A DNA stretch of 64,000 bases, taken from assembly GCA_963790305.1 (NCBI GenBank), contig CAWBOC010000009.1:224001-288000 (forward strand), given 5' to 3'. The position numbers and the translations under genes were made by a program. Position 1 is the stretch's first letter. Each line of letters begins with the position of its first letter. Below the pieces are notes generated by a model. That model had not been told where the DNA came from. It did no database searches and worked only from the letters and a program-made list of their open reading frames with translations. This DNA is from an uncultured Gemmatimonadaceae bacterium. Its GTDB lineage: Bacteria > Gemmatimonadota > Gemmatimonadetes > Gemmatimonadales > Gemmatimonadaceae. This document shows, piece after piece, positions 49,885-59,041 of the stretch.

Positions 49885-51609
49885 CTACTGACCTCGGAGC
49901 GCCTGCGCCGAGTAGAGCCGCCCGCCGATCGACACCCATCGCACCGCGGACGGCGACTCGGGGATGCCACGCAGCGTGCCCTGGACGATGACGAAATCGG
50001 CCGGATCTCCTTCGCGCAATACGCGCGCGACGACGGTGTCGCTGGATGAGAGCAGACGCGGCGCGAGACCGCCATCACGATCGAGGCCCGCTTGCACCTC
50101 TCGCGTCGTCGCGTCGTCCTGCACCGCCAGCCGCATCGCGACAATGCCCCGTGCGAGCGCGCCTGCGCCCCAGCCAAGATCGGACACACTCCATCCGTCG
50201 GCGCGAACACCGGGGATCACCGTGAGCCCGGTGCCCCGCACCACGGGAACGCCCTTCTCGACCTTCACTTGGGCACGGCTCCCGATGCGCGCGATGCGCC
50301 CATCCTCGACGAGGAGGACAGCGTTGCGCCGTGGCCCATCGGAAACGCCATCGAGCACGGTCGCTCCAACAATGGCAAAGCGATCGGACCGGGTCGGCTT
50401 CACATCGTCGGCCGCATCGCGCACCAGTCGCAGCGCATCGCGGCGCGCCAATGCGAGCAGGTAGGGCATCGCCGCCTCCCAACCTTCTCGCAACGCGAAC
50501 GTTCCCGTCATTCCGCCCAATGAGGCGATGAGGCCCCCGGTCGTATCGGCCCAGAGCGTTCGGCGTCCCCATCCCGACCCACTCGCTCCAATGCGCTCGA
50601 GGATGATGCGCCGATCACCAATGAGTACCGAGTCGCGGCCGACCACCGTTAGGCTCACGGCCGAGTGTCCGGGGATGGCGAGGCTCGTTGGCCGACTCGA
50701 CCGATTCCACCGGCGCAACAGTCCCCCCCACGGCGAAACGGCCGGCGATTCCGGGAGCACGAAGAACCCCGACGGTGTCTTCACGGTGCGCGCGGTCGAG
50801 CCCGTGCCAATGCGAGTGCGAGCGCCAAGCACCGTCACCGTCGCACCCTCGTCGCCTTCGACCTCGAGCCGTCGCGGGATGTAGCTCGAGTCGGTGCGCA
50901 GGGTGACGAGGAGCGGTTTCGCTGAGCTCGCTGCCGACTCCACCCGCGCAATGATGGCCAGCGAGTCCTTGCCACGCACGAGCTCCCACCATTCGCGCGC
51001 CACGCCCTTGCCGCCGACATAGTGCCGGAGCGTACCACGTTCCTCGACATGAATCGAAGCACTGAACGGCACGTTCCGGCGAAGAGAATCACCTGCCAGC
51101 ACCGGGGCAGCGGCGTCGCATGCCACTCGCCACATCGTCACGTCGGCGGTCTGGACCTGCCGCTCGAAGTCCCACGTCGTTTCGGCGATACCGCGCAGCG
51201 TGTCGCCGCGGTGATCGAGTGACATGTTCACGCCGCTGAACCCCGTCGTCCACCGGAGCTGGATGCTGTCCGCCCGGCCCATGTTCCACCATGAATAGCG
51301 ATGCACGCTGGGCGTCGCGCCGGGCGCCGGGCGCAGCAAGAGATTGCGTCGCTCGTATGGACGCGTTCCGATCGTCGAATCGATCAGGACGCGCGAGGGC
51401 GGCGTCACGATGCGCTCGTCGGGACCCAGCATCAGGGTCGGCGTCCAGGCGCCCATCCGGACCTCCCAGCATCCGACCACGTCCGGCCAACTGGCGAGAG
51501 GCGCTGGAGCCACCCGCGCTGGGGCGACCTCGATGGGCTCGCGGGGTCCGCAGGCAATCGACGCCGCTGCGGTGGTCAACGCGAGTAGATAGCGCGTGCG
51601 CGTCAACAT
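49885..51609 (-). CDS. Lipoprotein-like hypothetical protein ending in a gutted amidohydrolase module
   Basis: Lipobox-like SIAC; AIVGATVLDG...VEDGRIARIG...TVIPG and LREGDPADFVIV present, but no HxH or barrel between them. Confidence 0.65.
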   Translation of the reverse strand: MLTRTRYLLALTTAAASIACGPREPIEVAPARVAPAPLASWPDVVGCWEVRMGAWTPTLMLGPDERIVTPPSRVLIDSTIGTRPYERRNLLLRPAPGATPSVHRYSWWNMGRADSIQLRWTTGFSGVNMSLDHRGDTLRGIAETTWDFERQVQTADVTMWRVACDAAAPVLAGDSLRRNVPFSASIHVEERGTLRHYVGGKGVAREWWELVRGKDSLAIIARVESAASSAKPLLVTLRTDSSYIPRRLEVEGDEGATVTVLGARTRIGTGSTARTVKTPSGFFVLPESPAVSPWGGLLRRWNRSSRPTSLAIPGHSAVSLTVVGRDSVLIGDRRIILERIGASGSGWGRRTLWADTTGGLIASLGGMTGTFALREGWEAAMPYLLALARRDALRLVRDAADDVKPTRSDRFAIVGATVLDGVSDGPRRNAVLLVEDGRIARIGSRAQVKVEKGVPVVRGTGLTVIPGVRADGWSVSDLGWGAGALARGIVAMRLAVQDDATTREVQAGLDRDGGLAPRLLSSSDTVVARVLREGDPADFVIVQGTLRGIPESPSAVRWVSIGGRLYSAQALRGQ

Positions 51610-51731
51610 GCTCGTCCTCGGAGCCACCTCGATCCTCCTGAATTCCGTTCTCGCCGAGCGCCCGCGGGCGCCTTTACGCCGGCACAATGCACAAACCTTG
51701 CTCGCGGGCCGTTCCGCCCTGAAACCGCAAT

Positions 51732-52340
51732 GTGAGGTCCGCGTACGGCCTTGGGGTCGGCGCAGGCGGGGGCGTGCGCGGGCTAATGATCGGCGGCGTT
51801 GGCGTAGGCAGCGGCGGACGCCTCAGCGGAATCACCATCGCAGGCGTTGGCGCGGGGTCGGGCGGAGGGGTCGACGGCCTCACGATCGCCGGGCTTGGCG
51901 TTGGAAGCGGCGGCCAAGTCCGAGGGATCAGCATCGCGGGGCTTGGCGTCGGCGCGGGCGGGGGCGTCTCCGGCGTCAGCATCGCCGGGCTTGGAATCGG
52001 CTCGGGCGGAGAGATCCGCGGGCTGGCGATCGCTGGAGGCGGCGTGGGATCTCCGAAGATCTCCGGGATCGTGATCACCGGCATCGGGGCCGGCACGCTC
52101 GACTTCAACGGGGGCGTGATCGCGCCTTTCTACTTTCGTATCGAGAAAGAGGGGTCGATGCGAGGCGTATCGGTGAGCGGGTTCAATCGCCTGAGTGGCG
52201 TGCAGCACGGGCTCACGATCGGCGTGCTCAACATCGCCGAAGAGCTGCGTGGTGTGCAGATCGGCCTCATCAACATCGCGCGTCGCAACCCGAAAGGGCG
52301 GCGCGTGCTACCGGTCGCGAACTGGGGCTCGCGCGACTGA
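51732..52340 (+). CDS. Gly-rich 15-aa repeat protein (LA_2272-like), probably 5'-truncated
   Basis: About seven G(L/I/V)xIAG(L/V)GVG(S/A)GGxx repeats and GVQIGLINIA...LPVANW; no signal peptide or RBS. Confidence 0.6.
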   Translation: MRSAYGLGVGAGGGVRGLMIGGVGVGSGGRLSGITIAGVGAGSGGGVDGLTIAGLGVGSGGQVRGISIAGLGVGAGGGVSGVSIAGLGIGSGGEIRGLAIAGGGVGSPKISGIVITGIGAGTLDFNGGVIAPFYFRIEKEGSMRGVSVSGFNRLSGVQHGLTIGVLNIAEELRGVQIGLINIARRNPKGRRVLPVANWGSRD

Positions 52341-52805
52341 CGCCTGCGTCGCGGCCGGTGAGCCCCGAATGAAGGCGATGAGATCGGTGGGTTGCGGCTC
52401 GGCGCCCGCACCGCGAACGAGCATCGAGACCTGCCCGCGGTGGTAGCTACCGTGCATGGCCACGTGTAGCAGGATGTCCTCGATCGCGTTGTCGAACTCG
52501 TCGCCGGCGCTGTTTCGATAGTGCACCACGCGCCGAACGTCGCCACTCGCCAGGCGGTCGAGATATGCCCGAAATGTGCGGCCATTCTCCGCCGCGACCT
52601 GCGCGCATTCATCGACCGTCAGTATTGGCCAGACCGGTATGGACGGCGGCCGCTGCTCGAGCCGCGCGACCCAGACATGCTCCGCGCCGAGCACGTGCGC
52701 GTAGAGATCGAGCGCGCGCTTCGGAACTCCTGATTGGCGGAGCGATTCGAGGATGCGCTCGTCCGCCCAGGCCATGTGATCAACCAACGTCCGGAGATGG
52801 TTCAC
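52308..52805 (-). CDS. DinB/YfiT family protein
   Basis: HMAWADERIL, AHVLGAEHVW, LLHVAMHGSYHRGQ. Confidence 0.9.
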   Translation of the reverse strand: MNHLRTLVDHMAWADERILESLRQSGVPKRALDLYAHVLGAEHVWVARLEQRPPSIPVWPILTVDECAQVAAENGRTFRAYLDRLASGDVRRVVHYRNSAGDEFDNAIEDILLHVAMHGSYHRGQVSMLVRGAGAEPQPTDLIAFIRGSPAATQASVARAPVRDR

Positions 52806-52815
52806 GTACCGGGCC

Positions 52816-53175
52816 TCAGAGCCGCGCGGGCTCCTGGACGGTCCGCTCGTCGATGACGTTCCCGGTGTTGAGCGTACCCGCCGGCTCGAACAACACCACT
52901 TCGACCTCGTCCTCAGCGACCGGGCGATGCTCGACGCCTCGCGGCACCACGATCATTTCGCCAGGTCCGACATCCACCACGCGATCGCGAAACTCCATGC
53001 GAAAACGCCCGCGGTGGACGAGAAAGAGCTCGTCTTCGTGGTCATGGTGATGCCACACGAACTCCCCGCGAAACTTGACGAGCTTGACGTGCTGCCCGTT
53101 CAGCTCGGCCACTATTCTCGGACTCCAGTGCTCGTCGATCGCGGCGAACTTCTCCCGAAGATCGATGCCGACCAT
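52816..53175 (-). CDS. Cupin domain protein
   Basis: HWSPRIVAELNGQHVKLVK, FVWHHHDHEDELF, VPRGVEHRP. Confidence 0.92.
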   Translation of the reverse strand: MVGIDLREKFAAIDEHWSPRIVAELNGQHVKLVKFRGEFVWHHHDHEDELFLVHRGRFRMEFRDRVVDVGPGEMIVVPRGVEHRPVAEDEVEVVLFEPAGTLNTGNVIDERTVQEPARL

Positions 53176-53176
53176 G

Positions 53177-53635
53177 TCAGTCTCCCGCGCGGGCCCGCGT
53201 CGACAGCGGCGGACACGCCGCGCCGATCGCTGCCACAATCTCTCCGCGTGAGCGTCCGGCTGTCCAGCCGTATGCGGTCTCGAGCTCGTCTGTGATCCGG
53301 GCCAGCACATTCTCGCGTGGATACCCGACGGCGAGGTCCCACTGCGCCTCGGCGCAAAATGCGTCGGCCTCGGAGCGCAGCTTTCCGTCGATGGTCAGCC
53401 GTGCGGCGTACGAGCGGACGGCCCCCATCTCCTCGCATTGAGCGGCGTGCGCGCGCTCATGAATCTCGGCCAGCGTACGTGAGCGCCCGCTCAGTGTCGA
53501 ATCGATCCGCGTGATGGGGCCGACAATCGGAAGACAGATCGTCATCCCATCGAGTCCTTTGGGGAGCGGAGCGCGCGCGGCCGCGAGCGAAAGCGCGAGG
53601 AGCCCAGGCGCCAGCAGCCAGACTACGCGACGCAT
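53177..53635 (-). CDS. Small secreted hypothetical protein with HExxH motif
   Basis: Signal peptide; IHERAHAAQ followed by EADA. Confidence 0.55.
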   Translation of the reverse strand: MRRVVWLLAPGLLALSLAAARAPLPKGLDGMTICLPIVGPITRIDSTLSGRSRTLAEIHERAHAAQCEEMGAVRSYAARLTIDGKLRSEADAFCAEAQWDLAVGYPRENVLARITDELETAYGWTAGRSRGEIVAAIGAACPPLSTRARAGD

Positions 53636-53763
53636 GGAGATGCGGCGATCGCGCGCCACGGTGTGGAGCCGATGCGTCACGAACAGGTGCGATCCGGGCA
53701 TGGTCGCTTCCCCTCGACGCCCGTTTTCGGGCACTCGACGTGGAGGGCGCTACGAAACTCCGC

Positions 53764-54204
53764 CTATGCACCTCGTAGCAAGTCAAGAAGCGCGCCGAAC
53801 ACCACGATCGATCCCCACACCGCGAGTCCGATGAGCAGAAGGAGCGCAAGGAGGATTCCCGCGACCGTGAGCGCACTTGCTTTCTTCGTCGATGCCGGCT
53901 GCTCGCGCCACGACTCGAGGAGCCGCACGTTGCGAGTGTTGGCTCGCCAGGCGACGTCGAAGACATCGCCAATGAGCGGGATGGCGCCGAGGACCACGTC
54001 AATGGCGACGTTGGCGAGCATCCGGCCGAGTACCGGCGTGGGCGCTCCAGACCGCGCGGCCTGGAGGACGATGAGCCCGGAGAAGAGGCCGCCGGCAACG
54101 TCACCTCCGCCCGGAAGGAGGCCGAGGAGCGCATCCAGGCCAATGCGGATGTTCGTGCCCGGAATTCGAATTGCCTCGTCGAGGACACGCGCGAGGTCGC
54201 GCAT
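53764..54204 (-). CDS. DUF4112 family protein
   Basis: LDEAIRIPGTNIRIGLDALLGLLPGGGD, GAIPLIGDVFD..WRANTRN. Confidence 0.9.
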   Translation of the reverse strand: MRDLARVLDEAIRIPGTNIRIGLDALLGLLPGGGDVAGGLFSGLIVLQAARSGAPTPVLGRMLANVAIDVVLGAIPLIGDVFDVAWRANTRNVRLLESWREQPASTKKASALTVAGILLALLLLIGLAVWGSIVVFGALLDLLRGA

Positions 54205-54214
54205 GGGGCTGCGC

Positions 54215-54667
54215 TCAGTCGGCGAGGTCAGGGCGTCCCTCCAGGCGTATCATCGTCGCCGTCATGATCGCGACCTCGCGCTCCTCTGTCCCATTGATTG
54301 CCTTGACCGTTCCTTCACAGATGGTCAGGGTTCGTCCCGCGCGTCGTACCCGGCCGCTGGCCAGAAATCGTTCACCACGTCCGGGAGCGAGCAAATTGAC
54401 CTTGAACTCCACGCTCATCACTCCCGAACCCGACGGCATGAGCGACAGCGCCGCATAGCCGCAGGCGCTGTCCGCGATCGAAGCGACGGCGCCGGCGTGA
54501 AGTACCCCGTGCTGCTGCGCCAGGTCATCGCGCCATGGAACCTCAATGACGACCGCCCCGGGAGCAACGGACACGATGCGTGCTCCGATCGTCCCCATGA
54601 ATCTCTGCCGCGCGAAGGAGTCGCGAACGCGGCGTTCGTAATCGGGATCTGGCGCCGAGCGGGGCAC
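54215..54667 (-). CDS. PaaI family thioesterase
   Basis: QQHGVLHAGAVASIADSACG, EFKVNLLAP, GRTL. Confidence 0.9.
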   Translation of the reverse strand: MPRSAPDPDYERRVRDSFARQRFMGTIGARIVSVAPGAVVIEVPWRDDLAQQHGVLHAGAVASIADSACGYAALSLMPSGSGVMSVEFKVNLLAPGRGERFLASGRVRRAGRTLTICEGTVKAINGTEEREVAIMTATMIRLEGRPDLAD

Positions 54668-54670
54668 TCG

Positions 54671-55003
54671 TCAGACGATGGTCAGCTTGAAGTACAGCTC
54701 GCCACCGGGATACTCCGGCGCGCGGTCCCATCGCCGCTGCGAGTCGGAGATCATGTCCCGCGCCGTCGTGATGGACGCGGGCGCGTCGAGGGGAAGCGCG
54801 AACGATCCCTGGTGCATGAGCGATTTCGTGCGCGTGCCATCGGCGAGGCGCACCCACCCTTCCCATGATTCGACGCGCATGCCCGCGCGACCGAGGTGAT
54901 CGAGTGCGGTGAGCGCATCGTCGTGCCGCATTACCACGTCCTGCTTCGAGAGCGATCGTGCCGCCAGCTCCTCTGGCAGGACCGCAAGATTCGAGGATGA
55001 CAT
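54671..55003 (-). CDS. Hypothetical protein
   Basis: 110-aa ORF co-oriented and tightly packed with its neighbours; protein-like composition. Confidence 0.55.
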   Translation of the reverse strand: MSSSNLAVLPEELAARSLSKQDVVMRHDDALTALDHLGRAGMRVESWEGWVRLADGTRTKSLMHQGSFALPLDAPASITTARDMISDSQRRWDRAPEYPGGELYFKLTIV

Positions 55004-55053
55004 ACAGGCAATCTCGCGCGTCCGTGCCGTCACGCGCCAGTCAGTGGCCGCCT

Positions 55054-55509
55054 TTACGGCCCGCCGAGTGTGTAGCCGCGCGCGAGTGCAACGGCGACGA
55101 AGACGATCACCACGATCAGAAACGCCTCTATGGTGCTGATGCGGGCGATGCGGCGCGCCGCTCCGAACGCCGCGGTCTGGTTGCGTCCCATGGCACGGCG
55201 CCAGCGAATGAGCGTGATCATCGGCCAGATCTCGAGCGCGACGACGAGCAGGAACAATCCCATCTTCAGATGGAAGAGGGGATTCTGGAGATAGTACGAC
55301 GTCGCCTTGTCCGTGCCCACGAGCACGCGCGCCAGCCCGGTGGAGAACCACAACACGGCCGCGACGGCCCACCAGCTATCTGCCGCGAACGCACGCCGTA
55401 TCGCGGCCCCGTCTACGATCCCGCGGAGCGCACGGCTGCGCGCCCAGACCGCACCCAGGCCTATTCCCAGCGCGATCAAGTGTGTGGCGGCGAGCAGGAG
55501 GCGCAGCAC
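55054..55509 (-). CDS. DUF2214-like membrane protein
   Basis: HLIAL, D..W...A.L...TGLAR, K...YYL.NPLFHLKM.LF, WP.ITLIRWR. Confidence 0.8.
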   Translation of the reverse strand: MLRLLLAATHLIALGIGLGAVWARSRALRGIVDGAAIRRAFAADSWWAVAAVLWFSTGLARVLVGTDKATSYYLQNPLFHLKMGLFLLVVALEIWPMITLIRWRRAMGRNQTAAFGAARRIARISTIEAFLIVVIVFVAVALARGYTLGGP

Positions 55510-55667
55510 GCGGTGAGTCCCGGGGGGGTAGAGTGGCCTTCGAGTCGCGCAACCATACACCGTCGAGGCAGGGGCTGCAATGTGGAATCCGCCCTGGTTG
55601 CGCATCGCGGGTCGCGTGGCCACGTTGAGAAGCAGGCATTCTTCTGCCCTATGTCAGGAGGTCGCTC

Positions 55668-56915
55668 ATGCCCGGCACAATGCCCTCCATCGACCGCGAT
55701 GCGCTCACGCGTTTGAAAGCAGGGGACGAGCAAGCGCTGCGACGCATCTTCGACGACCACTACTCCACGCTGACCCAGGAAGCGGCCACCGTGCTCGAAG
55801 ATCCGGGCGGCGCGCCGCGGGTCGTCGAAAGCGTGTTCGTCCGCGTCTGGGACGAGCGAACGGAGTTCGAGTCGCCGGAAGCGCTGGAGTCGTTCCTTCA
55901 CAAGGCGACCCGCGAAGCAGCCGCTCGCGCGCAGAGTCGTCGCGCCTCGCTGCATCGATTCGAGTCGCACGAAGGTGTGCACGCCCACGGCAACTCGCAC
56001 CGCAAGGAGCCAACGACCGCGGGCGAAGCGTGGTCGCACGTGGAGCACACCATTTACGCGCGCTCGCATCGCGGCGAGACGCTGCATCAAATGGCCGATC
56101 ACTCGCGCCACGCCACCGCCGAGCACGTCGGCGGAATGACGAAGCGGAAACCCTGGCTCTGGCCCGCCATCGGACTGGCGGCCGTCGCGCTCGTGATCCT
56201 CACGCCGATCGCGCTCATCGATCGGGCGAGCGAGGACCGCGCGGTGACCGCGGGAATTCGCTCGCGAGAAGCGCGCACGCTCGTCGCGCGCCAAGGCAGC
56301 CGTACCGCCATTCGTCTCGGCGACGGCACCGACGTCACGCTCGGCGGCGACTCGCGACTCACTGTACCGCCCGGATTCGGCGACCGGCTGCGCGGTGTTG
56401 GATTGGAAGGCACCGGGACGTTCGTCGTTGCACCGGAACAGCCGCTCGTGTTCCAGGTGCGCACGAAGGACGTGGCCATCAAGGCCCTCGGCACCACCTT
56501 CACTGTCCGCGCGTATCCCGATGAGAACTTCGTCGCCGTGCGCGTGAAGGAAGGACAGGTCACCGTGCAGGGGCAACAGGACCCGCGCACGCTGACCGCG
56601 GGTCAGGCCGTGATGGTCGACGCCCAGGGCGTCATCCGCGAGCCCACTCAGCAGGAGATCGACGAAGCGCTCGCCTGGTCCGACGGCCGCCTGGTGATGA
56701 ACCAGAAACCAATGCGAGAAGCACTGCAGCATCTCCAGCGGTGGTACGCGCTTGGTCTCGTCGTCCGCGACTCCTCGATCCTGGACCGCCCCGTGTCCAT
56801 GAACGTGTCGCTCGACTCCTCGCGCAACGCGATCGCGGCGCTGGAGCAGAGCGCGAACGTGAAATTCGGATACGAGGGTCGTGTTCGCGTGTTGAGGGAT
56901 GGGGTGAAGAAATAA
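55668..56915 (+). CDS. FecR-family anti-sigma protein with N-terminal ECF sigma region-2-like domain
   Basis: N-terminal LKAGDEQALRRIFDDHYSTL...VVESVFVRVW; TM segment; FecR motifs LGDGTDVTL, LEG...F.V, LGTTFTV, VKEGQV; C-terminal AWSDGRLV...LQRWY. Confidence 0.85.
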   Translation: MPGTMPSIDRDALTRLKAGDEQALRRIFDDHYSTLTQEAATVLEDPGGAPRVVESVFVRVWDERTEFESPEALESFLHKATREAAARAQSRRASLHRFESHEGVHAHGNSHRKEPTTAGEAWSHVEHTIYARSHRGETLHQMADHSRHATAEHVGGMTKRKPWLWPAIGLAAVALVILTPIALIDRASEDRAVTAGIRSREARTLVARQGSRTAIRLGDGTDVTLGGDSRLTVPPGFGDRLRGVGLEGTGTFVVAPEQPLVFQVRTKDVAIKALGTTFTVRAYPDENFVAVRVKEGQVTVQGQQDPRTLTAGQAVMVDAQGVIREPTQQEIDEALAWSDGRLVMNQKPMREALQHLQRWYALGLVVRDSSILDRPVSMNVSLDSSRNAIAALEQSANVKFGYEGRVRVLRDGVKK

Positions 56916-57001
56916 GGGTGCTCAGGGTGCTCAAGGTGCTCAGGGTGCTCAGGGTTCACCTCCCTGAGCACCCTGAGCACACTGAGCACCCCGAGCACCC
57001 T
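56915..57001. repeat. Palindrome of 9-bp AGGGTGCTC tandem units
   Basis: About 4.5 units on each arm (56915-56954 / 56962-57001) with a 7-nt loop; begins in the fecR stop and ends 5 nt before the ackA ATG. Confidence 0.93.
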
Positions 57002-57006
57002 TCCTT

Positions 57007-58251
57007 ATGAACGTCCTCGTCCTCAACGTCGGCTCCTCCTCACTCAAGTTCGAGCTCATCGGGACTGACGCCGAGCGCATCGAGGCGAACGCGGATACGC
57101 GACTCGCCGGCGGCGCGGTGGAGCGGATTGGCGGGGAGGCCGTGTTGTCGCTCGACGTGAAGGGACGTGGCGGGCAGCGGTCGGTCGCGCCGCTGCGGAA
57201 CCTTGCCACCGCCGTCGAGCACGTGGCCGCGTGGCTGGTGAGCGAGGAGGCGGACGCGGGGATTGCCACGCTCGCTGAGATCGAAGCGGTGGGCCATCGT
57301 GTCGTGCATGGCGGCGAGGATTTCGCGCGATCGCAGCGCATCGACGAGGCCGTTCTCAAGGCGCTCGATGAGCTGGTCGAGCTCGCCCCGCTGCACAACC
57401 CGCATAACATTGCCGGCATCCGCGCCGCGACGCGCGTGTTCGGACCCGGGGTTCCACAGGTGGCGGTGTTCGACACCGCGTTCCATCACTCGCTCCCCGA
57501 GGTCGCGTACCTGTATGGCCTACCCTACCAGCTGTATCGCCGGTACAAGGTGCGGCGGTACGGATTCCACGGGACCTCGCATCGGTACGTCGCGCACCGC
57601 TACCGTCAGCTCACGGGTCGCTCGCGCGAGCGCACCCGACTCATCACACTCCACCTCGGCAACGGCGCGTCGGCGTGCGCGATTCTCGGTGGGGAATCGA
57701 TCGACACGTCAATGGGATTTACACCGCTCGAGGGGCTCGTCATGGGCACGCGGTCGGGAGATCTGGATCCCGCGATTCTCGACTTCGTGGCCAGCAAGGA
57801 AGGGCTGACGCTCTCGGAGATGGAGACGCTGCTCAACAAGCAGTCGGGGCTGCTCGGTCTCTCGGGTCTCACGCCCGACATGCGCGAGCTGCTCAACGAG
57901 ATCGAGGAGCACGACGACCGGCGCGCGCGGCTGGCGGTGGAGGTGTTCTGCTATCGCATCCGCAAATACATCGGCGCGTACCTGGCCGTGCTCGACGGTG
58001 CCGATGCGATCGTGTTCGCCGGTGGAATCGGGGAGAACGCCGCCGCGATCCGCGCGCGGGTCTGCAGCGGTCTCGAGTGGATGGGAATCAGCGTCGATCC
58101 CGACGCCAATGCCTCGCTCACGACGGGACGCGAGGGGCGATTCAGCAAATCGGACAGCCGGGTCGAGCTCTGGGTGATCCCGACGGACGAGGAGCTGCTG
58201 ATTGCGCGCGATACGTGGAGGGTGGTCACGGGGGCGCCGTTGCGATATTGA
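57007..58251 (+). CDS. ackA: Acetate kinase
   Basis: [64 protein letters not shown]. Confidence 0.97.
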   Translation: MNVLVLNVGSSSLKFELIGTDAERIEANADTRLAGGAVERIGGEAVLSLDVKGRGGQRSVAPLRNLATAVEHVAAWLVSEEADAGIATLAEIEAVGHRVVHGGEDFARSQRIDEAVLKALDELVELAPLHNPHNIAGIRAATRVFGPGVPQVAVFDTAFHHSLPEVAYLYGLPYQLYRRYKVRRYGFHGTSHRYVAHRYRQLTGRSRERTRLITLHLGNGASACAILGGESIDTSMGFTPLEGLVMGTRSGDLDPAILDFVASKEGLTLSEMETLLNKQSGLLGLSGLTPDMRELLNEIEEHDDRRARLAVEVFCYRIRKYIGAYLAVLDGADAIVFAGGIGENAAAIRARVCSGLEWMGISVDPDANASLTTGREGRFSKSDSRVELWVIPTDEELLIARDTWRVVTGAPLRY

Positions 58252-58591
58252 AACGGCAAAGATGACAGAATTCAGAACCGCATTGAAGCATCCAGGTTCA
58301 AAGGGGGGACGCGGATTCTGCGGATGCAACGGATACTGCGGATTGCTCCATGCGCCGTGATCCTTCTTAGACAGGAGCCAAAGGGCGGTTGCCTTTTCCT
58401 GCGCGAGGAGAGTTCTCGGCGCCAGGAGCGATCCGCCTGATCCGCGAAATCCGCGAAATCCGCGTCCCCCCTTTGAACCTGGATGCCAGCGTCGCGCACG
58501 TCGTTCGCCACAAACGACCACGGGGAGCCGCCAACTGGCTCCCCGTAGGTTTTGTCGGAATTCCATTCTGAATTCTGTCATCGTTGCCGTT
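58252..58591. mobile_element. Nested inverted-repeat element (MITE/REP-like, non-coding)
   Basis: Outer 26-bp IR 58252-58277 / 58566-58591 (1 mismatch); inner perfect 30-bp IR 58288-58317 / 58457-58486 continuing into 9-bp GCGGATNNN arrays. Mobility is inferred, not shown. Confidence 0.6.
58520..58546. terminator. GC-rich hairpin between convergent genes, probable terminator
   Basis: ACGGGGAGCC-GCCAACT-GGCTCCCCGT followed by AGGTTTT. Confidence 0.6.
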
Positions 58592-59027
58592 CTCTCACGA
58601 CGAACGCGTACAACAACCCGATCAACCCAACCTGAATCATCGCCCCCGGCGCGAGCGCCGGCGTCGCACCCATCATCGCCTCGCGAAAGAGCAGCCACCG
58701 CGCCGCGTTCGGGTTCTGCTCGAGCTCGAACTCGACATTTCCCGCGTAGTGCATGTAGAAGCCGATGAATCCGGCGACGATGAAGAGCGTCATCAGGATT
58801 CCCCACGCACGAGCGCTCGCGCGGCTCGGGGCCAACGCGTGCCAGGCAAGTGCGGCCAGCCCCAGCCCAAGCAGAATCAGCGGGACGAGCTGCCATGTGT
58901 CCTCGAAGTGCTCGATGAGGAGCAGCTCCACGAGGAGGCCGGCCATGGCCAGCACGAGGATGACGACGAGAACGCGCCGGACGAGGGCGAGGACCGCCTC
59001 GCTCGAACGCTGGTCAGTGGTGAACAT
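58578..59027 (-). CDS. Four-TM hypothetical membrane protein
   Basis: Hydrophobic helices; ELLLIEHFE..WQLVP, HY.GN.EFELE, GATPALAPG. Confidence 0.75.
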   Translation of the reverse strand: MFTTDQRSSEAVLALVRRVLVVILVLAMAGLLVELLLIEHFEDTWQLVPLILLGLGLAALAWHALAPSRASARAWGILMTLFIVAGFIGFYMHYAGNVEFELEQNPNAARWLLFREAMMGATPALAPGAMIQVGLIGLLYAFVVRERQR

Positions 59028-59041
59028 GGCGGCCTAACGCA

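Noticed and set aside
51674..52108. Proline-rich repeat ORF on the minus strand
   Set aside because: It mirrors the Gly-rich repeat gene on the plus strand, which has the recognisable C-terminal motif.
54671..55003. Imm40-like immunity protein
   Set aside because: Only a vague resemblance and no adjacent toxin gene; unsupported without a profile search.
15011..58486. CRISPR array interpretation of the short repeats
   Set aside because: Units are 7-9 bp, contiguous and inverted, with no unique spacers and no cas genes.
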